Assembly (NCBI GenBank): GCA_964016885.1
Contig: OZ024743.1
Span: 173,724,001 to 173,788,000 of the forward strand
Source of the DNA: Eledone cirrhosa
Lineage: Eukaryota
DNA: 64,000 bases
Direction of reading: 5' to 3'
The translations under genes were made by a program, and so were the position numbers. The notes under the pieces were generated by a model. The model was given only the letters and a program-made list of their open reading frames with translations, had not been told where the DNA came from and ran no database searches. Below, one piece after another: positions 1 through 8,316 of the stretch; within the stretch, counting starts at the first letter, position 1, and every line of letters starts with the position of its first letter.

Positions 1-209
1 GCTGGCAGAGGGCGCCTGGCTAAGGCCAGGCGCCTGTTGGCCAAATTAATGGCAGAACCAAATGAGAGGCTCTTCGACCTGGTGCCGAAAAGGCAAAGAG
101 AGAAAGGAAGCTTAAAGTTGTTAGTTTTATAGGGCTCTGACCGGAAGTTGCAGAAAGGGTTCCACTTCCCGTCTAGATCCTAATCAAAACAAGGGAGACA
201 ACCGCTACA
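1..209 (-). repeat. 3' LTR (partial, truncated by window edge)
   Basis: Matches 1739-1947 except gcagaacca vs gcagagcca, and ends at the same ...accgctaca terminus. Confidence 0.85.
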
Positions 210-224
210 TAACCTCCCGCCAGA
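210..224 (-). promoter_or_regulatory. Polypurine-tract-like plus-strand priming site
   Basis: Minus strand reads TCTGGCGGGAGGTTA immediately before TGTAGCG of the 3' LTR. Confidence 0.6.
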
Positions 225-1238
225 ATTTTAGTGTATAAAAATCGAAATGAAAATATGTAGCAAGTTGGCGAGAATGTTGTAACAGGCATGAAAATTACGA
301 CAAAAGAATGTTTGGAAAAATCAATGATAGATATCAAGGTAGCCAACCGCTCTTGGCCAGAGAACGACTGGACATCCATCTATCCATCACCCAAAGATAC
401 AATGTAATAAAGTAAAAGTAATAGAAGAGCTCAAAGTTCAAAATATAGTTCACAGGTGTGCAATCACATGACAGCAGGAAAGAAAGTGTGTTCCAGAGAA
501 TGAATGCAGGTGGTTTCTGTTCTGTGGTATATCGTGAAATTTCCAACCTCCGAATGGATTTTCTCACAGGAAGAGTGCTGCAAAAATAAATTCTCTGGCT
601 TTGGTGAAGCTGTGTTGATGTATTGCTGTTTCTGTTATATTGCTGTTGCTGCTGCTGTTGTCTCGCTGAGTGAGCGTATTCGGTGTTTAAATTCACAGTA
701 AAAAAATTTTTTTTTTTAGAAAAAAATGAGTTGCGCAAAGTGCTAGAAATAGCAGCCGAAGTTGATGGTCGATGTTGAGAATGCGTTGACCTGGAAGGGT
801 CAAGAGGCCAGCGACCAGAGAAATAAGCATTCTTAATAAATGCGCGGTTATCAACGGTAAATTTACATTGTAAATTTATAAACCGGCAAATAGAAGAATA
901 TAGCTTAAGGCTGAAGAATCCCTGGTGATAAATGGCGTGCGGCTGTCTGTGAGTAGAGACATCTCAGTGAATCGAGAATTTATGCTGCCTACACGTGCCA
1001 ATACAAGGTTGAAAAAAAAAATATTTCTAACGCGCGAGAAAATGATAGTGCAATTTTGAAAGTGACAATGATGAAAAAGAAAGGCTTCAATCAGCATAAT
1101 TATAGGTGTGAACTTTGGAAAAAAACAAAAAACTTGAACGATGAAGAAAACGAAGAACAAAAGGCAATGGTTCATCGAAAATAAATGTTCCTGTTGAAAT
1201 GTTTTTTAAAGAATATCAAATTTCTTTTTTTTTTTTTG

Positions 1239-1360
1239 TGTTTTGAAAGAGTTTGTTGTAAGAAACGAGAAACATATATATATATCGTGAAATGTTTTTT
1301 TTGTTTTGAAAGTGTTCGTTGTAAGAAACGAGAAACATATATATATATATTGGTGAAATG
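1239..1360. repeat. ~63-bp tandem duplication inside the LTR element interior
   Basis: tgttttgaaag..gttgtaagaaacgagaaacatatata..gtgaaatg occurs at 1239 and again at 1302. Confidence 0.8.
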
Positions 1361-1561
1361 CGACAGTTAATTGATGCGTGAGAGAAAAAGTATGTCTGTG
1401 CGAATTCCACATGTGCGTGTGTGCGTGTCCTTGAGTATTTTCATAGTTTGTCGCTAAATTTGCTGTGTATTCGTAATGTTACTCACAAAACCAGATGTGC
1501 TATTTTTTTCTTTTTTTGGGGGGGGGGTGACCCTTATAGCGATGAACGGCTGCGTGTTCGT

Positions 1562-1579
1562 ATCACGTCAGGGTTACCA
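1562..1579 (-). promoter_or_regulatory. Primer-binding site complementary to tRNA-Trp 3' end
   Basis: Plus strand ATCACGTCAGGGTTACCA matches the recalled eukaryotic tRNA-Trp 3' end AUCACGUCGGGGUCACCA at 16/18 and lies directly next to the LTR boundary. Confidence 0.8.
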
Positions 1580-1580
1580 A

Positions 1581-1947
1581 TATAGCGAGGATGCTGGGTT
1601 GCATGAATGTAACAAAACGAGACATTGTTTGTGTATATAATATTTAATTAACGGTAGATAGAATACTTGACATGTCAAAGATAGATGTTAGAATGAAACA
1701 AAGTTAGTAGTTACCGATTTGATTGCCAGGCAAACGCGGCTGGCAGAGGGCGCCTGGCTAAGGCCAGGCGCCTGTTGGCCAAATTAATGGCAGAGCCAAA
1801 TGAGAGGCTCTTCGACCTGGTGCCGAAAAGGCAAAGAGAGAAAGGAAGCTTAAAGTTGTTAGTTTTATAGGGCTCTGACCGGAAGTTGCAGAAAGGGTTC
1901 CACTTCCCGTCTAGATCCTAATCAAAACAAGGGAGACAACCGCTACA
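1581..1947 (-). repeat. 5' LTR (367 bp)
   Basis: On the minus strand it starts TGTAGCG and ends CGCTATA (a variant of CGCTACA). It is followed after 1 nt by the PBS. Confidence 0.85.
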
Positions 1948-1978
1948 GTAGTAATACTTTATCATTTTAACTTTTTAG

Positions 1979-2339
1979 AATGGACAAAAACCCATGCAAA
2001 GAAATGACTTTGACTGCAGTGATTCTCTCCAATTTACTTACAAAGCAAAACGTGGTCAAATACCTTATCATCTCTGATAAAATGCCCATTGAATCACTGA
2101 AAATCAGATGCATGGAATTCCTCATAAAATGCACCTATGAATCGGAAGCCATCACATATATCAATGGATATAGGGAGTTGTTCACACTGGAAGACCATCA
2201 CTTCATTTGTGACTTCATCAGTTATCTCCACGATTATCTCAGACACCCAATGCCATTGATGAGAGGTGATCCAATGTGTGAGCATGTAACTAATCTTATA
2301 GAAGTTGTTATCGACCACCTGGCTTTTAGTGACATTTGA
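1979..2339 (+). CDS. Probable terminal coding exon of a BTB/POZ-associated (BACK-like, SPOP/Kelch-type) protein
   Basis: Polypyrimidine tract plus AG at 1977-1978, then an open frame to TGA at 2337-2339. LSNLLTKQNVVKYLIISDKMPIESLKIRCMEFL resembles the post-BTB helices (e.g. SPOP-like [29 protein letters not shown], from memory). AATAAA follows at 2425-2430. Confidence 0.55.
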
Positions 2340-2424
2340 CTGATTTGACTGATAATGATGTATTTTTAAAAAGTATGTGTACATTCTTGTTACTATTTTA
2401 AGGCAATGCAAGCAACAACTATTT

Positions 2425-2430
2425 AATAAA
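2425..2430 (+). terminator. Polyadenylation signal AATAAA
   Basis: Lies ~85 nt after the stop of the 1979-2339 exon. AT-rich context makes a chance match possible. Confidence 0.4.
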
Positions 2431-2974
2431 ATTTAAATTTAAAAATGACCATTGTCCATTACTAGTATGATGACATTTTATTAAGTCACAAAATTAGTCA
2501 GTCAGCCATAGAACAAGGATCAGGTGGCAAAAACATTGGCAAAAATTTGTGTCAATTTAAGATTTCCAACATTGATCAAATGAATCATATCTGGTTTGAA
2601 GTCAGATTTGTCAAATTTTGACCAATTTTCAATGTTGTGAAGATTGGGCAAGTTCAATTTTTGAATCATTTCTTTCATGCAGTAATTAAACTTTTCCAAA
2701 CGTCGTCATTTCTGGATTACCTCCCCTAGCGTCACGCTTACTACACACTCACTTGAACACAAGATTTATCAGCAAACTTTGATTATAAACTTTTTCCCGC
2801 TGGACCAAATTTCTAGATTTTTAAGCCAAAAGATGCGTAATGATCTACTGTTCATGCTCATATAAGTTTTATCTCAGTTAAATAAAGTAGAGCCGCGCTG
2901 TACTGTCGTAAACAGACGATTGCCAACGAAAACACGACCACAACAATATTACTAAACGGACTACCGTCCGTTTA

Positions 2975-2976
<2 letters not shown>

Positions 2977-3028
<52 letters not shown>

Positions 3029-3132
3029 ATACATATATATATATCCACACAATATATATATATATACACACACATAATATAATATACACACAAATAATAC
3101 AATATATATATATATATATTATATATATATAT
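2977..3132. repeat. (TA)n / compound TA-CA microsatellite
   Basis: Read directly: long atatat run plus degenerate tata/caca. Confidence 0.95.
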
Positions 3133-3146
3133 TATGTGTATATAAT

Positions 3147-3316
3147 TGTTTCTACTTTTGGCACAAGGCCAGCAATTATCCCAGTGCATTACTGGTACTT
3201 TATTTTATCGACCCCGTAAGGATGAAAGGCAAAGTTAACCTCGGCGGGATTTGAACTGAGATCATAAAGGGAGGTAACTATGCTTCAAAGCATGGCACCC
3301 CACCCTCTACCACCCA
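3147..3316 (-). mobile_element. tRNA-derived SINE with Nin/Deu-like central domain, copy 1 (5' end shortened)
   Basis: Minus strand has B-box-like GTTCAAATCCC followed by GCCTTTCATCCTTACGGGGTCGATAAAATAAAGTACCAGT and a tail ending GGCCTTGTGCCAAAAGTAGAAACA. Confidence 0.8.
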
Positions 3317-3331
3317 TTATGTGTATATAAT

Positions 3332-3517
3332 TGTTTCTACTTTAGGCACAAGGCCAGCAATTACCCAGTGAATTACTGGTACTTTATTTTATCGACCCCG
3401 TAAGGATGAAAGGCAAAGTTAACCTCGGCGGGATTTGAACTCAGACTGTAAAGGGACGTAACTATGCTAGAAAGCATGGCGTCCGACCCTCTACCGATAC
3501 TGCCAATTTACCGCCCT
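3332..3517 (-). mobile_element. tRNA-derived SINE, same family, copy 2 (with A and B boxes)
   Basis: Minus strand shows A-box-like TGGCAGTATCGG and B-box GAGTTCAAATCCC. Flanked by ttatgtgtatataat direct repeats at 3317-3331 and 3518-3532. Confidence 0.85.
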
Positions 3518-3685
3518 TTATGTGTATATAATGAAGGTAATTTAAATATGACTATTGTCTTATGGACAAATTAAGAGACAACCACCAACATTTCCTATTG
3601 TAATTAATTGTCTTGTTTTTCTTTTTTTCTGGACTTTTTACTTTTGTTTATGTAAACGAAACATTATATAATTTACTGCACAAAA

Positions 3686-3736
3686 AGTACCAGTAATGCA
3701 CTGGGTAATTGTGGCCTTGTGCCAAAAGTAGAAACA
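3686..3736 (+). mobile_element. 5'-truncated SINE tail with 23-bp target-site duplication
   Basis: agtaccagtaatgcactgggtaattgtggccttgtgccaaaagtagaaaca is the reverse complement of the 3147 SINE tail. Flanked by attatataatttac(t/g)gcacaaaa at 3663-3685 and 3737-3759. Confidence 0.8.
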
Positions 3737-4032
3737 ATTATATAATTTACGGCACAAAATTTGCTTGTTGATTAATAAGCCTAAAATTTGTGGACATTTA
3801 AAATAATTTTTTAAATAGCAAAATACCAAAATTACATGGTGGCCAAACGATTTTAGTTATTTTAAAAACTCAGAAAAAATGGTATTTATTTACAGCAAAC
3901 AAAAATGCTGAAGATATATTTTAATTGTGAAAGATTTATAAACAATTTGTAATGTTATTTATACAACTCTGAATTTATATTTGACTAAAAAAACCTTCAA
4001 ACATAATTTAATGTAAGAACCTTTGTTAAGGT

Positions 4033-4259
4033 ATGTTCCAAATATCAGCTTCATTTCTTTATTTAGAAGATTAAAATTAATAATTTAATATTTTAATCTT
4101 TTCGAAGTCTTCCTCATATATTCCCGTGACCAGCTTTCTTCATCAATATATAATAACCAAGATGGAAGGCAGAAGAAACCTGTTCTATACAAATTAAACT
4201 TTATATATCCTATCTTTATGGCATTGTAAATAAAGAAATGAAGCTGATATTTAGAACAT
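4033..4259. mobile_element. MITE-like element with 33-bp terminal inverted repeats
   Basis: atgttccaaatatcagcttcatttctttattta (4033-4065) is the reverse complement of 4227-4259 with one mismatch. The interior is AT-rich and non-coding. No clear TSD was seen. Confidence 0.55.
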
Positions 4260-4294
4260 GATAGTAGGCACCTCTTGACCCAATATAAACCCCA

Positions 4295-4559
4295 CTTCAC
4301 ACACCCTACCCCATCCTCACATTTCCGTCCACTGTGTTAATGACACAACATAAAGCACCCAGTCCACACTGTAAGGCGGTCGCATAAGAGACACGGTAAA
4401 AAGGCTCCCAGTCCACACTGTAAAGGTGGTTGGTGTTAGAAAGGGCATCCAGCCGTAGAAAACCTGCCAGAGACACTTCTATATGAGCGAGACACAGTCT
4501 CCCGACCATTCCTGCATCAAATGAAACAAAACAGTCAAACCCATGCTAGCCTAGAAGAC
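4295..4559 (+). mobile_element. 3' UTR fragment of RTE-clade LINE (or its partner SINE)
   Basis: Inverted, diverged copy of ~5600-5862, containing ccagtccacactgtaaaggtggttggtgttagaaagggcatccagcc. Confidence 0.75.
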
Positions 4560-4616
4560 TAATCTTGTAAAAGACTATTTTGAGTTTCTAACTCAATGTA
4601 TGATATATATATATAT

Positions 4617-4707
4617 ATACAATATATAGAGGGGAAAGACACAGAAGAGTGTTTTTCATTACAGGAATTCAAACCACCAGCGTGTCTTTCCCCTCTATAT
4701 ATTGTAT
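4617..4707. repeat. Inverted repeat, 26-bp arms with 39-nt spacer, abutting (TA)n
   Basis: atacaatatatagaggggaaagacac (4617-4642) pairs with gtgtctttcccctctatatattgtat (4682-4707). Confidence 0.9.
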
Positions 4708-4884
4708 TTTAAAGTGCCCAGGAAAACTATTTCCTTTGAGATCATTTAATTACAGGATTATATGCGAGTCCTTTGCTCCGTTATTATATATATATATATA
4801 TATATATAATGAAGGAGTTGTGGTAAGGAACCAGATGGACCATAACGCACCATAGTACTCAATACTTAGGGTAGTAGAGTGGGT

Positions 4885-5005
4885 AATAGGAAAATGTATG
4901 ACCCCGACGGCAGAGCTCAAGCCGTTTCGACGGCTATTTCTGGACTCCAGAAATAGCCGTCGAAACAGCTTGAGCTCTGCCGTCGGGGTCATACATTTTC
5001 CTATT
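4885..5005. repeat. 121-bp near-perfect palindrome (60-bp arms, 1-nt centre)
   Basis: aataggaaaatgtatgaccccgacgg...ctgga-c-tccag...ccgtcggggtcatacattttcctatt, with one mismatch. Confidence 0.95.
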
Positions 5006-5007
5006 TG

Positions 5008-5296
5008 CAATCGAAAGGTTGTGAGTTCAATTCTCAGACCGGGTGATGTGTTGTTTCCTTGAGCAAGACACTTTATTTCACATTGCTCCAGTTTACTCAG
5101 CTGTAGAAATGAGATGATAGGGACTGGGGTCCCTAGTGGTCGTGGAGGTACCATGGCAAAAAACACCCAGCACTCACTGTAAATGAGGTTGGTGTTAGGA
5201 AGGGCATCCAGCTGTAGAAATCAAGCCAGAATCAGTTCCCGTCCCACCCTTGCAAGCAGAGAAAGGCGGACGTAAAATGATGATGATGATGATGAT
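5008..5296 (+). mobile_element. tRNA-derived SINE with CORE/Meta-like centre, RTE-type tail and (GAT)n end
   Basis: B-box-like GAGTTCAATTC, then ccttgagcaagacactttatttcacattgctccagtttactcagctg, then tail ggttggtgttaggaagggcatccagctgtagaaa...ggacgtaaaatgatgatgat. Confidence 0.75.
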
Positions 5297-5300
5297 ATAT

Positions 5301-5452
5301 ATAATATAAAATCAAAAGATGGTTAAAAGAGTTCCATGTATTTTATTATGCGCATTTCAAAAACAAATATCATCATGGGATGATATTTGTTTTTGAAATG
5401 CGCATAATAAAATACATGGAACTCTTTTAACCATCTTTTGATTTTATATTAT
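5301..5452. repeat. 152-bp palindrome (74-bp perfect arms, 4-nt loop)
   Basis: ataatataaaatcaaaagatgg...aaatatcatc-atgg-gatgatattt...ccatcttttgattttatattat. Confidence 0.95.
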
Positions 5453-5535
5453 TTATACTCCAGTCCTTTAAACTGTTGAGTGCTACTTATTCGATATTTG
5501 CATTGATTTATTGTGCTACAATAAAACTCACCTCC

Positions 5536-5568
<33 letters not shown>

Positions 5569-5570
<2 letters not shown>

Positions 5571-6410
5571 TCGTCATCATCATCATCATCGTTTAACGTC
5601 CATCTTCCAGGCTAGCATGGGTTAGACGGTTTTGTTCCATTTGATGCGGGAATGGTTGGGAGACTGTGTCTCGCTTGTACAGAACTGTCTCTGGCACGTT
5701 TTCTACAGCTGGATGCCCTTTCTAACACCAACTACCTTTATAGTGTGGACTGGGAGCCTTTTTACCATGTCTCCTACGTGACCACCTTACAGTGTGGACT
5801 GGATGCTTTTTGTTGTGTCATCAACACAGTGGACGGAAATGGGAGGATGGGGTAGGGTGTGTGGGGCGGGGTGTATATTGGGTCAAGAGGTGCCACTGAC
5901 TGTAGGTTTGTACGCAAGGGAAGGCAGGTTTTCTGTACAACTGTATGGCACCAAAGATCTCGATCCAGTGACATTGTCTTAGGGAGGTGTAAGCGAGCAA
6001 GGTCAGTTTTTATCACCTCGTCCCAGGTTTTTCTTGGTCTACCCATTCCATCAATTTTCATTGTCCTGCACTTTCTTATACAGCTGTCGTCCTTCATACG
6101 TATCACATGTCCACACCAATGCATCTCCTCTCCAGAACTCATTTGATACCTCTTATGCTTAGTCTCTCTCTCTCAATTCATTTAGGCTTCGCCGTTCGTG
6201 CACATTACTATTGCTCATCCATCGGAGCAAGCTTCATTTCTTTCTAATCTATGCAGGTCTTCAGCACAGGTCTCACTACAGTGTAATATCGCCGCCCATA
6301 CAAGCATCATACAATCTGCCTTTCACTTTTAGAGAAATACCCCTTGTGGCTAACAGCAGTATTAGCTCTCTGAACTTTTTCCATCCCGTTCTAACTCTGG
6401 CTATAACACT
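5569..6410 (-). mobile_element. Degenerate 3' portion of an RTE-clade LINE (end of RT ORF, 3' UTR, (GAT)n tail)
   Basis: Minus-strand translation gives SVIARVRTGWKKFREL, VKGRLYDAC and WCGHVIRM...GRPRKTWDEVIKTDL...DRDLW, typical of the RTE ORF C-terminus, with frameshifts and stops. Tail catcatcatcgtttaacgtcc at 5569-5601. Confidence 0.85.
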
Positions 6411-6424
6411 TACATATATATATA

Positions 6425-6461
<37 letters not shown>

Positions 6462-6529
6462 TATACATGTCTCAGTTTTATAAGTAAAACATTTCTACAT
6501 TTCTTTCTTTGCTTTATCTACTCTTTCAG

Positions 6530-6766
6530 AATGATCATGTGAAAAACGTTATCCAAGAATTTTGTGGATGGGTGTCAAGTCTTGGAGGAGAAAATACCAT
6601 TGATGAGTCAACAATTAATGCCCTTTTCTGCAATGACTATGAGAATAAATCTTCTGCTTCTGTTCCATTTGAAATTGTTAATATTTCCAGTAGTCCACAA
6701 GATAATCTTGACCTGTTAGATAAGGTCCCAGTTACATTAAACAAACAAAAACGAAGACCAACTGGG
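6530..6766 (+). CDS. FAM47E: FAM47(E)-like protein, internal coding exon (phase 0/0, 79 codons)
   Basis: Acceptor ctctttcag|AAT and donor GGG|gtaaga. NDHVKNVIQEFCGWVSSLGGENTIDESTINALFCNDYENKSSASVPFEIV resembles the recalled FAM47 motif (FCxWVxxLG...I.E.TI..LF...YE.KP). Confidence 0.75.
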
Positions 6767-6800
6767 GTAAGAGAAACATATTTTGAGCAAATTTCCCCCT

Positions 6801-7262
6801 CATCATCATTGCCTTTTAATGGTTATTTTTCATGCTTGTATAGGTTAGATGGGCTGTTATGTTATGAGGCCAGACAGGTCAGATGACTATGGTTTGCTCA
6901 TATACTCTCTTTTTAGTTAGGTTTTCTACAATTGGATGGCCTTCCTAATACCAGCCACATTATAGGGTGGACTGGGTGTTTTCAGCTGGAGCATAAGTAT
7001 GACCATCTTACAAGGTGGTCTGAGTGCTTTTAGTTGTGGCATGTGTATGGCCACCTTACAAGGTGGACTGGTCTTTTTAGCTGTGACACCAGTATGACCA
7101 CCTTACAGGGTGAACTGCATGCTTTTATTTGGGTCATAAGTATGACCACCTTACATGGTGGACTGGGTGCTTTTAGCTGGGGCAATTGTATGATCACCGT
7201 ATAATTTGGACTGGATGGTTTTTGTTGTGGCACCATCACGGCTATCCTTGAGTGTGGACAGG
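6801..7262 (-). mobile_element. Old RTE-type 3' UTR/SINE tail with internal ~48-bp tandem minisatellite
   Basis: catcatcatt tail and ggatggccttcctaatacc motif, then ~6-7 diverged units gtatgaccaccttacaaggtggactgggtgcttttagctg at 6997, 7045, 7092, 7140, 7188. Confidence 0.7.
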
Positions 7263-7419
7263 AAATACTTTTTTTTACTGTTTTAGTGAATGTAGGGGTG
7301 GGCATGGTCTTTAAAAATGATAAGGACAAGAAAAGAATGTAACCCCAAACAGAATGTATATACCCACTCCACCACTCCACCATTGCAGCAATTCATTTCT
7401 TCATCTCTTCCTTTACTAG

Positions 7420-7641
7420 AAACCATCCAAACTCCCTCCATTGTCTGTAAAGAACAATCTCATTGGTACCGAGCAGCATTCTATGGTGGCAGCTGTTCCA
7501 AGCAACAAAAGACCGTTGTTTGGGGCATGGTATCTTCCGGTGAAATCTTGGACCAAAGAAGATGTTGACAACCAAGTAGAAGATTCTAAAAAACTACCAA
7601 GTGAAGAATTATCAGAGAGGAAAAAACTTAGTATAAGCCTT
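7420..7641 (+). CDS. FAM47E: FAM47(E)-like protein, internal coding exon (phase 0/0, 74 codons)
   Basis: Acceptor ctttactag|AAA and donor CTT|gtgagt. Encodes RPLFGAWYLPVKSW, matching the FAM47 signature (Y/F)GAWYLP.K.W. Confidence 0.8.
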
Positions 7642-7645
7642 GTGA

Positions 7646-7647
<2 letters not shown>

Positions 7648-7738
<91 letters not shown>
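7648..7738. repeat. (CT)n(AT)n compound microsatellite
   Basis: Read directly, starting just after the exon donor. Confidence 0.95.
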
Positions 7739-7741
<3 letters not shown>

Positions 7742-8133
7742 CGGACAACAACTGATTCTTTTTTTCAAATACCACTTTGGAAGAAAAATCAGGATGGAGA
7801 GAGAGGTGCTGTACCCCAGCAAGTTTTATGAAAGGTGGGTGAAAGTGGCGAGAATGGCCCGAGTGAATAGGCCTTCTCTCTATATCAGCCTGTAGGTTGA
7901 GGAAAAGGAGGAGGAGAGGAAAGGAGTACAAACTCTTCGTACTCCTGGAGATGATGGCTGCACATTTTTTCGGGGGTATGTGTTACCCATATAAACTGTC
8001 TCCCCTATTGGGGAAAATCGACTAACTTTTTAAATTGCATTTGTGATAACATTTTACACGTTTTTATTGTATGTAAACTTCCCCCTTTGTATTTGTCCCC
8101 TTCTTTTGTGCCCCTGTGGCTAATAAAGAAACA

Positions 8134-8135
<2 letters not shown>

Positions 8136-8170
<35 letters not shown>
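8136..8170. repeat. (CT)n microsatellite
   Basis: Read directly. Confidence 0.95.
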
Positions 8171-8174
<4 letters not shown>

Positions 8175-8217
8175 ATCTCTGAAGACTAGACTAAGGAACA
8201 TTTTTTTTATTCCACAG

Positions 8218-8295
8218 AATTCCAAATTGTCTTTGTTGTATTGCTCACAAGCATTTTTAGATTGGGTCAACAACCGAGGATACAGGAAACCAGAA
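8218..8295 (+). CDS. FAM47E: FAM47(E)-like protein, near-C-terminal coding exon (phase 0/0, 26 codons)
   Basis: Acceptor ttttttttattccacag|AAT and donor GAA|gtaagt. NSKLSLLYCSQAFLDWVNNRGYRKPE resembles the FAM47 C-terminal motif (AF..FI..KGYR.PEFL, from memory), and the phase is compatible with the two upstream exons. Confidence 0.75.
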
Positions 8296-8316
8296 GTAAG
8301 TTTTTATCTGCGCTTT

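Larger units (their letters stand above)
1..1947 (-). mobile_element. Non-autonomous LTR retroelement (TRIM/LARD-like, probably Gypsy-derived); the 3' LTR runs off the window start
   Basis: 1-209 is a direct repeat of 1739-1947 with one visible mismatch. The LTR has inverted termini, a tRNA-Trp PBS sits at 1562-1579 and a purine-rich tract abuts the other LTR. The 1.37-kb interior shows no recognisable gag/pol ORF. Confidence 0.85.

Noticed and set aside
334-738. 134-aa poly-Q ORF inside the LTR element as a gag remnant
   Set aside because: Non-ATG start, low complexity, and no recognisable capsid or zinc-knuckle motif.
1608-1947. Alternative LTR boundary at TGTAAC (1608)
   Set aside because: The PBS position and the T(G/A)TAGCG...CGCTACA inverted termini place the boundary at 1581.
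2952-2980. Helitron 3' end (hairpin plus CTRR)
   Set aside because: The hairpin is followed directly by (TA)n with no CTAG terminus at the expected spacing.
3896-4036. Possible upstream FAM47-like exon (tttacag acceptor, aag|gtatgt donor)
   Set aside because: The frame needed for a phase-0 join has a stop at 4004-4006. It could only be non-coding, and there is no further support.
7416-8273. ORFs with YIYIYI / ERERER / SLSLSL runs (also 2878-3189, 4649-4855, 6211-6483)
   Set aside because: These are translations of (TA)n and (CT)n microsatellites. Only the spliced exon portions of the overlapping plus-strand frames are credible.
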